From Steroidobacteraceae bacterium (GTDB lineage Bacteria; Pseudomonadota; Gammaproteobacteria; Steroidobacterales; Steroidobacteraceae), in contig DATHLO010000053.1 in NCBI GenBank assembly GCA_035488075.1, forward strand, positions 1-26,796: a DNA stretch of 26,796 bases, read 5' to 3'. The notes under the pieces are model-generated. The model had not been told where the DNA came from. It saw only the letters and a program-made list of their open reading frames with translations, and did not search any database. Shown here one piece after another: positions 1 through 6,924 of the stretch (position 1 is the stretch's first letter; each line of letters starts with the position of its first letter). The position numbers and the translations under genes were made by a program.

Positions 1-85
1 ACGGCCCCGCGTTGCTCGCGGACACCGCCGCATCCCCTGCTCCGACGCGAGCCGCGTCAGAGGCGAAGTTGGGCGTTGCTGTCAT
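1..85 (-). CDS. 5' fragment of an unknown gene downstream of the c-di-GMP riboswitch (runs off the window)
   Basis: ATG at 85-83 preceded by GGGGAAG and T7. The frame is open to the window edge (MTATPNFASDAARVGAGMRRCPRATRGR). Support is positional only. Confidence 0.4.
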   Translation of the reverse strand, partial: MTATPNFASDAARVGAGDAAVSASNAGP

Positions 86-193
86 AAAAAAACTTCCCCG
101 AACCGAAACCCTCAATGGCCACGGTCTTGGCGGAAACTGCGAGTTCACGCGACGGGATGGGAGTGCGAGCGTTCGCGCCTCGTGCGCGATCGT

Positions 194-279
194 GGCAGCC
201 CCGCCGTCATAGGAACCCGTCCTTTAGACCGGTGGCTTTGCGTCCCCGTCTTTCGACGGGTTTGCCCTTGTCACTGACC
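194..279 (-). ncRNA. c-di-GMP-I (GEMM) riboswitch aptamer
   Basis: Minus strand reads GGGCAAACCCGTC-GAAA-GACGGGGACGCAAAGCCACCGGTCTAAAGG...CCTATGACGGCGGGGCTGCC. It has the GNRA-capped P2, the GGACGCAAAGCC junction and a P3 with tetraloop receptor, matching the class I consensus as recalled. Confidence 0.93.
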
Positions 280-282
280 CAG

Positions 283-311
283 AGTGTCAAAGCGTCGCGG
301 TTTGGAGTCAA
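283..311 (-). promoter_or_regulatory. candidate sigma70 promoter for the riboswitch transcript
   Basis: TTGACT (311-306), 17 bp spacer, GACACT (288-283). The predicted +1 falls at the 5' edge of the aptamer. Confidence 0.4.
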
Positions 312-384
312 GTACTGAAATGTGCGAAGCCTCTCAAGTGCTGTGATGTACGCGCAACGCGCGCGCATTGCGTCGTCTTATGTC

Positions 385-909
385 TCAAGGTGACGACACC
401 ACGGCGCCCCAGAAGCGCCCGGCATTTACCAGATGATGTGCAAAGAAGCCCTCGCTCAGATCCGCAGAGGCCACCGCCACACCGCGATGCGGCGCGTGCA
501 CGAAGCGGCCGGCGCCAAGATAAACGCCCACGTGATCGATGCCGCCGGATCGCATGCGGAAGAAAACCAGATCGCCCGGCAACAGCTGCGTCAGCGGCAC
601 CGCTTGTGCGGCGCGCTGCTGCGCCGCCGCCGTGCGCGGAATGCTGATGCCGACCTGCGCGTGCACGAACAGCGCGAGCCCGCTGCAATCGAAGCCGCTG
701 AGATCCGCACCGCCGAACTCGTACGAGGTGCCGATGAGTGAGGCCGCAAGGTTGGCGATCGCCGCGCCCGATGCAGCTTCAGCCTGCGGCGGCGTGGGTG
801 CGGGGAGCTGCGCGGCGGGCGGGCGCGAGCGGATGAGGCTGCAGCCACTTAGCAGCAACGCACTGAGCACGAGCGCGGTGCGCAGGCGCGGCGGACTCGC
901 GGCGTGCAC
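385..909 (-). CDS. NlpC/P60 (C40) peptidoglycan peptidase lipoprotein
   Basis: Lipobox LLSGC and Pro/Ala linker, then Y-x-F-GG...FDCSG (catalytic Cys) and IDHVGVY...FVHA (His pair). Confidence 0.93.
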   Translation of the reverse strand: MHAASPPRLRTALVLSALLLSGCSLIRSRPPAAQLPAPTPPQAEAASGAAIANLAASLIGTSYEFGGADLSGFDCSGLALFVHAQVGISIPRTAAAQQRAAQAVPLTQLLPGDLVFFRMRSGGIDHVGVYLGAGRFVHAPHRGVAVASADLSEGFFAHHLVNAGRFWGAVVSSP

Positions 910-915
910 CGTGCG

Positions 916-1644
916 CTAACGCGCGCGCGCGGGCGCCTTCGGTTGCGCCGGCGCGCGGGCGCGCGCGGCGCTCAGGCGCGCGAGCGCCTCGATGCCATCG
1001 TGGGTGTAGCGCTGCACGCCGCGCCGTCCGGAGCGCGTTGCCCCGAGCATCGCCGCCCCGAGGGTGCGCGCGGCAATGCCGCGATAGACGGCGTACTTGC
1101 CCGCGAGCAGCGGATTCACGAGCGGCATGAAGGTCATCGCGAGCAGTTCCAGCGGCCGCATCTCCGCGCGCCAGCCGAGCAGCATCGAGGGCTGCAGGAT
1201 GTCGAGCGACTCGAAGCCGAGCGCCTCGAGCTCCTCCTCCATCTCCCCCTTGGTGCGCAGGTAGAAATTGCGCGACGCGGGATTGGCGCCCACGCTGGAG
1301 ATGACCGCGAAGCGCCGCGCGCCCGCCGCCTTGGCCACGCGCGCGAAGGCGAGTACGGCCTCCAGGTCCACCGCGCGGAAGCGCTCGCGCGAGCCCGCGC
1401 GGCGCATCGTCGTGCCCAGGCAGCACAGCGCGGCCTCGCAGCTGATGCCCTTCAGCTGCGTCTCGATATTCTCGAATTGCACGATGCGGTTGGCGAGGCG
1501 CGAATGCTCGCGGCCGAGCGGACGGCGCGTGATCGCGAGCACACGGGCGACGTCGGGTGCCTCGAGCAGCGCATCGAGCGTGCGCGCGCCGGTCAGTCCG
1601 GTCGCCCCGGCCAGCAAGACGATCTTCGCATCGGCGTCGGCCAT
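916..1644 (-). CDS. NAD(P)-binding Rossmann oxidoreductase, TIP30/CC3/YraR-like atypical SDR
   Basis: GATGLTG glycine motif, CCLGTT, ISSVGA, YLRTK (YxxxK) and QPSMLLG. Start moved to ATG 1644, where the Rossmann strand begins. Confidence 0.88.
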   Translation of the reverse strand: MADADAKIVLLAGATGLTGARTLDALLEAPDVARVLAITRRPLGREHSRLANRIVQFENIETQLKGISCEAALCCLGTTMRRAGSRERFRAVDLEAVLAFARVAKAAGARRFAVISSVGANPASRNFYLRTKGEMEEELEALGFESLDILQPSMLLGWRAEMRPLELLAMTFMPLVNPLLAGKYAVYRGIAARTLGAAMLGATRSGRRGVQRYTHDGIEALARLSAARARAPAQPKAPARAR

Positions 1645-1764
1645 CGTGGTCCCGCCCGCGCACGGGCGTTTGTTTTGCTCGGTCAAGCTTAGGAGCGCGC
1701 GCCTTCCACGGCAAGGGCGGCGCGCGCGCCGTGCGCGCGCGCGCGCAGGCTCAGGAGCTCCCGC

Positions 1765-4149
1765 TCAGATCGGGTCGTAGCAGCTCACGCTGATGGTCTG
1801 CGTCTGACCGGGGCTCACGCTGATGTCGCGGCGTACGTCGCGGTAGCCCTCGCGTGAACCGATCACCGTATAGCGGCCGGGTTTGAGGTCCACCTCGCGA
1901 CGCGTGAAGCTGCCGAAGGCGCCCACATTCATGATGGTCACCTGCGTGAAGCCATCGGACACCAGCGACAGGTGCACGGGGTGCTCGAACTCCGGCAGCA
2001 GCGCCGAGACGCGCGCCATCTGCAGCCGCAGCACCGGGCCCGGCGAGCCGATCTGCTGCGCGCCCTGCAGGAGCGTCGCCGCCTGCGCCCGCGCGTCCGC
2101 GGACGCCAGCAGGTCGGGTCGATCGATGATCGCCTGCAGGGAATCATTGAGCTCCAGTCGCCCCCGGGCCCGATCCCGGCCCTCCTGGGCGAAGGCCTGT
2201 GACGGATCGGAGCGCAAAATGGCGCTGTAGGCCGTCACCGCATCATCCCAGCGCTCGTCCGCCTCGGCGTCCTCGGCGCGCGTGCGCTGCGTGCCGAAGC
2301 CGCGCCCGCGCATGGCCGCATCGACCCGCCTGAGCCCGTCCGCAGCTTCCGCGCCGTTCGGGCGCACCGCGCGGGCGCGCTCGAATGCGACACGCGCCTC
2401 CTCGAGCCGGCCGGCGCCGAGTGCCGCAAAACCCTCGCCTGCCGCCTTGGCGTAGCGGTCATCGCCGAAGCCCTCGACGGCGGGCGCAGCTGCAGCGGCC
2501 CCCTTCGGGGCAGACGCCGCACCCTTTGTGCCGGTGCTCGCGCCCGTCCCTGCGGCCGCGGCGGTGGTGGCTGCGAGCTCACGCGCGCGGGCCTGCCCGG
2601 CGAGTGCGCGTTGGTCCTGCGGCGCGATGCGAACGGCGAGCTCGTAAGCCTGCAGCGCGAGCGTGCGCTCGTGGTCGGTGAGCGCGCGCTCCCCGGCGGC
2701 AAGTTCGGACGCCAGTGCCGCCGGCGCCGCCTGCTCGACGTTGTCGAGCAGCTGATTGGCCTCGACCATCTGCGTCTGCGCGCTCGCAACACCGCCCGCA
2801 TCGTGCGCGCCCTCCGCCTGTGCTGCCCGGGACTTGGCGGCGGCGAAGTCCTCTCCTGCCCAGATGCCCGCGCCGCGCGCCTCGAGCGCCGTGATGCGCT
2901 GCTCGAGCAGAATGTGGTCTGCTTTCAGCTGCGCCAGCGCGCTCGACTGCAAGGTGGCCGCAGCGCTCGGCGGCGGCGTCTGGGTGGCGGTGCCTGTGCC
3001 GGCCGGCGCCCCGCCCGGGAGCCAGCGCGGCATCCACAGGACGGCCGCGGCGACGACCGCCGCAAGTCCTGCGATGACAAGCAGCGCACGCGGCAGCCCA
3101 CTGCGCATCGGTTCAGGTCGGGAGCGCGGCAGCGGCGCCTCGCGCACCTCTTCCCAGATGCCGGCCCCATCGACATCTCCCGTGAAGGGGGTTGGCGTCA
3201 GCGGGGGCACCGCTTCGGCGGGCACCAGCGGCGGTGCAGCGTGCGGCGAGATCGGTGGCAGCGTGATGCGCTCCTGCGGCGGCACCGTCTCGTTCGCCGC
3301 GCCCGCGGGCGCTTCCTCGTCGAAGTCGAATGTCAGGGTGTCGTTGAGCGAGGCGTCGAGCTCGTCGATCACATCGCGCATGCTCGCCGGCCGGCGCTTC
3401 GGATCCTTCTCGAGCATGGCACCCACCAGGGTGGCCAGCTGCGGGGGAATCTGCTGTGCGGGCACGAGCGGCGGCACCGGCTCTTCCTGCACGCGCTTGG
3501 CATCAAACTGCGGATAGTGCGGCGGGTAGCGCGAGAGCAGCTCGTACGCAAGTGCCCCGAGTCCGTAGATGTCATCCCCGGGGGTCGGCGGCTCGCCGCG
3601 CAACTGCTCGGGGCTCGCGGTGAAGGGCGACAGGCCGCGCACCATCGAGTCCGTGCCCGGATCGAGCGAATCGCCGGAGACGCCGAAGTCGGCGAGCTTC
3701 ACGCGGCCGCGCTCATCTAACAGCACATTGCCGGGCTTAAGGTCGCGGTGGATGACCCCGCGCTCGTGGGCGTGCTCGAGCGCGCGGGCGACCTCGATCA
3801 GCACCGGGACGATCGTGAGGTAGCCCGCGCCGCGCAGGCGCTTCAGGTCCCCGCCCGTTGCCAGCTCCATGGGCAGAAGAAACGTCGTGCCTTCGCGCTC
3901 GGGCGCGAAGACCTTGAGGATGCCCGGATGATCCAGGCGGCTCGCGCTCTCGTACTCGTGCACCAGCGCGACCCACGCTGCGGCACTGCGTCCGGCGGAC
4001 GGATGCAGGATCTTGAGCGCGATATCCGTGCCGTTTTGCGGATCGAACGCGCGCCACACCTCGCCCTGCCCGCCGACGCCGAGTCGCTCGCGCAGGACGT
4101 AGCGGCTGTTCAGGAGCTGCCCGTTGTTTGCTGTCGCCGCCTCGTTCAT
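1765..4149 (-). CDS. Membrane-anchored Hanks-type Ser/Thr protein kinase with periplasmic helical/TPR-like region and C-terminal PEGA-like beta domain
   Basis: LGVGGQGEVW, IALK, HRDLKPGN, ADFG, SPEQ and DIYGLG, then a Pro-rich linker, a TM segment (ALLVIAGLAAVVAAAVLW), Ala-rich helices and the C-terminal VDLKPGRYTVIGSREGYRDV. Confidence 0.92.
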   Translation of the reverse strand: MNEAATANNGQLLNSRYVLRERLGVGGQGEVWRAFDPQNGTDIALKILHPSAGRSAAAWVALVHEYESASRLDHPGILKVFAPEREGTTFLLPMELATGGDLKRLRGAGYLTIVPVLIEVARALEHAHERGVIHRDLKPGNVLLDERGRVKLADFGVSGDSLDPGTDSMVRGLSPFTASPEQLRGEPPTPGDDIYGLGALAYELLSRYPPHYPQFDAKRVQEEPVPPLVPAQQIPPQLATLVGAMLEKDPKRRPASMRDVIDELDASLNDTLTFDFDEEAPAGAANETVPPQERITLPPISPHAAPPLVPAEAVPPLTPTPFTGDVDGAGIWEEVREAPLPRSRPEPMRSGLPRALLVIAGLAAVVAAAVLWMPRWLPGGAPAGTGTATQTPPPSAAATLQSSALAQLKADHILLEQRITALEARGAGIWAGEDFAAAKSRAAQAEGAHDAGGVASAQTQMVEANQLLDNVEQAAPAALASELAAGERALTDHERTLALQAYELAVRIAPQDQRALAGQARARELAATTAAAAGTGASTGTKGAASAPKGAAAAAPAVEGFGDDRYAKAAGEGFAALGAGRLEEARVAFERARAVRPNGAEAADGLRRVDAAMRGRGFGTQRTRAEDAEADERWDDAVTAYSAILRSDPSQAFAQEGRDRARGRLELNDSLQAIIDRPDLLASADARAQAATLLQGAQQIGSPGPVLRLQMARVSALLPEFEHPVHLSLVSDGFTQVTIMNVGAFGSFTRREVDLKPGRYTVIGSREGYRDVRRDISVSPGQTQTISVSCYDPI

Positions 4150-4189
4150 GTCCCATCCGCCGCAGGCGACCGCGCCGCCCGTGCACCTA

Positions 4190-4201
4190 TGACAATTGTC
4201 A
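4190..4201. promoter_or_regulatory. perfect 12-bp palindrome TGACAATTGTCA upstream of the kinase gene
   Basis: AT-rich palindrome in an otherwise GC-rich intergenic region, 41 bp upstream of the kinase ATG. The cognate factor is unknown. Confidence 0.35.
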
Positions 4202-4304
4202 CCCCCGCACGATCAGGAAAGTGATGCGGGAGACAGCTTTCTAGTATGCCACCGTCGGGCGCAGCGGGCCGCGCGTTCGCCCGCAGGACGGCCGGGGGCG
4301 CGCG

Positions 4305-6425
4305 TTAGAGGCCCAGGGACAGCTGCGCGCCGGGCGGCGTCGGCGGGCGGAACAGCGTTGTGTTCAATTCGCCGCGGCGGGAAGCGTTGAGCCCGTGTCT
4401 GCGACAGGCGAGGTGGAAGCGGTTGCGCAAGAGCTCAGCGAACGGCCCCGTGCCGCGCATGCGCGTGCCGAAGCGCGGATCATTGTCGCGCCCGCCGCGC
4501 ATGTCCCGGATGAGCGACATCACGTGGCCTGCGCGCTGCGGATAGTGCTCCTGCAGCCACTCACGGAAGAGGTCCTTGATTTCATACGGCAGGCGCAGCA
4601 GCACGTAGCCTGCCCAGCCGGCCCCGGCCGCGGCGCACGCTTCGAGGATCGCCTCGATCTCGTGGTCATTCAGCGCCGGGATGACCGGGGCTACGAGTGC
4701 GCCGCTCGGAACTCCGGCGGCATTGAGCTCGCGCAGCGCGCGCAGCCGTGCCTGCGGGGCTGCCGCACGCGGCTCGAGCGTGCGCTTCAGCTCCGGGTCC
4801 AGTGTGGTAACGCTCACCGCAACACTCGCCAGCCCCTGCCCTGCCAGCTCCGCGAGCAGATCCAGATCGCGCATTACGAGCGCACCCTTCGTGATCACGG
4901 TGACCGGATGGCGCGTACGCACCAGCACTTCCAGGATCGAGCGCGTCACTTTCATGCGCCGCTCGACCGGCTGATACGGGTCGGTGTTGGCGCCGAGCGT
5001 GATGGGCTTGCAGACATAGCCCGGACGCGCGAGCTGCTTCTCGAGCACGGCGGCCGCATCGGCCTTGTAAAAAAGCCGGGTCTCGAAATCGAGACCCGGG
5101 GAGAGCCCCATGTACGCATGGCTCGGGCGCGCATAGCAGTTGTGGCTCACCACGCCGTTGGCGATGAAGTCCTCGGTACCCGTGGTGATGTCGTAGAGGC
5201 GCATCGTCTTTCCCAAAGGCTCGATGCTCACGACCCGAAGTTTGGCGGTGCTCTTGACGGCCTGCCCTGCGATGTCGCGTTTGCGCGTGATCGCAGGATC
5301 CATCATGTGAAAAAAGCGCAGGTGTTCACGCAACCCACCCACGATGCGCACGTTAGCAGTAGGCTTGGTCTCTTCGCGCGGCCGCTGCTCCACGACAAAC
5401 CGGAAGTCGAACGCCCGCAACGCGTCACCCATCCTGCGGATGATTTCTGGATCCGTGTTGGGAATCCGCATAATCCCGCCGCTATAGCTGCCCTCGGCGT
5501 CAAAGATCCCGGCCAGGAAGCCCGCCTGCCAGGCACGGGGCGGCGAATCCGGCCACGCGATGAGCTCGCGAATCCCATTTACTTTATCGCGGCTTTGAGC
5601 ACCGATGGCCTGCATCGGACGCACCGTGCCGGCGAAAGCAAACTGCTTGGTCTCAATGTATCGGTATGACAACCAGGTTCGCGCACGATTGAGTGCTTCG
5701 AGATCACACAACGCGAGACGAAAGTGGTGTGTCGTACCCAGGCAAGGCCAACCCGGACGCAAGTAGGTCTGCGTCCTCACCATCCCGTCGCCGCGAATCA
5801 GCCCGCACAAGTACCCCGTCCGATAATCGGCATCCTGGTACACGGGAGCTGCGAATGCGCCCGTCCCCATGAGTTTGTTGTTGGTCGTGAGATGCGGTCG
5901 TCGCGCTCGGCCGCATTCGGTGCCGGTGATGAATTTCCAGCCCCGATCGGTCAGGAAACGATGGTCAGGGCCGACCGTCAGTTGCGTGTCGTCTTCGAGC
6001 GTGATGCGAAACGCGGGCTTAATGACACCCCAGCGCGCGAGGACCTGGGTTCGCACGTAGCGCCGGTAGGCGCCCCGGCGCTGTGTCCCGTAAATCCAGT
6101 CGCCCACCCTCAGCTTCGCGAGTTCTCGCGTCGAGCCGTCGCCCATGAGGATCGGCGTTTCACCCCATTGGCAGTACAGGCACGCATGTTCGCATCCCCT
6201 GTACGGATTGATGGATTGCTCGAACGGAATGTCCGGGGAATCGTTGGTGGTGATGATCTCGCGGGCGCGCTCGGGCTCGAGCGTCGTGGCAATGCTCTCG
6301 ATTGCCTCCTCGAGGTACCAACCGTCATCCGCCGGGGCGAGCTGCTGCCGGTCGAAGCGTCCCGGCGGGTTCGAAAGGGCGCCCCTTCCCTTGAACGACT
6401 GCCTTCCGATGAGCGTGCGGCGCAT
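4305..6425 (-). CDS. PA0069/Rv2578c-family radical SAM protein (spore photoproduct lyase-like) precursor containing an intein; 361 aa after splicing
   Basis: N-extein KGRGA...NDSPDIPFEQSINPYRGCEHACLY and C-extein CYARPSHAYMGLSPGLDFET...GANTDPYQP...ITK...EPRA rejoin to give CEHACLYC (CxxxCxxC). Confidence 0.93.
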   Translation of the reverse strand: MRRTLIGRQSFKGRGALSNPPGRFDRQQLAPADDGWYLEEAIESIATTLEPERAREIITTNDSPDIPFEQSINPYRGCEHACLYCQWGETPILMGDGSTRELAKLRVGDWIYGTQRRGAYRRYVRTQVLARWGVIKPAFRITLEDDTQLTVGPDHRFLTDRGWKFITGTECGRARRPHLTTNNKLMGTGAFAAPVYQDADYRTGYLCGLIRGDGMVRTQTYLRPGWPCLGTTHHFRLALCDLEALNRARTWLSYRYIETKQFAFAGTVRPMQAIGAQSRDKVNGIRELIAWPDSPPRAWQAGFLAGIFDAEGSYSGGIMRIPNTDPEIIRRMGDALRAFDFRFVVEQRPREETKPTANVRIVGGLREHLRFFHMMDPAITRKRDIAGQAVKSTAKLRVVSIEPLGKTMRLYDITTGTEDFIANGVVSHNCYARPSHAYMGLSPGLDFETRLFYKADAAAVLEKQLARPGYVCKPITLGANTDPYQPVERRMKVTRSILEVLVRTRHPVTVITKGALVMRDLDLLAELAGQGLASVAVSVTTLDPELKRTLEPRAAAPQARLRALRELNAAGVPSGALVAPVIPALNDHEIEAILEACAAAGAGWAGYVLLRLPYEIKDLFREWLQEHYPQRAGHVMSLIRDMRGGRDNDPRFGTRMRGTGPFAELLRNRFHLACRRHGLNASRRGELNTTLFRPPTPPGAQLSLGL
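5139..6173 (-). mobile_element. Intein (345 aa) with LAGLIDADG homing endonuclease
   Basis: Block A CQWGETPILMGDG, block B GPDHRFLT, endonuclease motifs YLCGLIRGDG and FLAGIFDAEG, blocks F/G LYDITTGTEDFIANGVVSHN followed by Cys+1. The insert is 1035 bp and in frame. Confidence 0.95.
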
Positions 6426-6430
6426 GGCAG

Positions 6431-6450
6431 TACTGTATATAAATACAGTA
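6431..6450. promoter_or_regulatory. LexA (SOS) box
   Basis: TACTGTATATAAATACAGTA, one mismatch from the consensus TACTGTATATATATACAGTA, 5 bp upstream of the radical SAM ATG. Confidence 0.93.
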
Positions 6451-6460
6451 TTGGTGGCAA
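6432..6460 (-). promoter_or_regulatory. sigma70-type promoter overlapping the SOS box
   Basis: TTGCCA (6460-6455), 17 bp spacer, TACAGT (6437-6432), then 6 nt to the ATG. No Shine-Dalgarno. Confidence 0.6.
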
Positions 6461-6494
6461 CGGCAATTTCTGCTGCAAAAGCGTGGAAATACCC

Positions 6495-6884
6495 CTATTT
6501 CACGAGGCGCAGCGAGAACGGATAACGGTAATGCTCACCCTCGCTCGCCTTGATGGCGGCGATAAGCGTGAACACGAGCCACACCACAAAAAGTGCCGTG
6601 CCGAGGATGAATCCCACGAACACCAGCATCAGCGCCATGCACACCAGAGCTGCGAGCACGACCGTGATGTTGAAGTTCAGCGCCTCGCGCGCGTGCTCGG
6701 CGACGAACGCCGACGAATCCCGACGCGCGAGCCACACGACCAGCGGTCCAATGATGCACCCGAGAAGCCACACCACGACGCCGGTGAGCGCGGACAGATG
6801 CGCGAGCATCCCCCAGGTGCGCTCGTTCTCGGTCGGCGCCGCAGCGGGTGCCTCAGTGGCGCTCGGGTCGCTCGGGTCGCTCAT
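6495..6884 (-). CDS. DUF4870 family membrane protein
   Basis: ERTWGMLAHLS...GPLVVWL...FVAEHAREALNFNIT...AAIKASEGEHYRYPFSLRLVK pattern with three hydrophobic segments. Confidence 0.88.
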   Translation of the reverse strand: MSDPSDPSATEAPAAAPTENERTWGMLAHLSALTGVVVWLLGCIIGPLVVWLARRDSSAFVAEHAREALNFNITVVLAALVCMALMLVFVGFILGTALFVVWLVFTLIAAIKASEGEHYRYPFSLRLVK

Positions 6885-6924
6885 GGCGACCCGAAGCGTA
6901 TCACTTCGACTGCGCCCGATCCTC

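Noticed and set aside
6861-6883. 9-bp tandem repeat (GCTCGGGTC x2) at the DUF4870 start
   Set aside because: In-frame SDP duplication in a disordered N-terminus. It is too short to imply phase variation.
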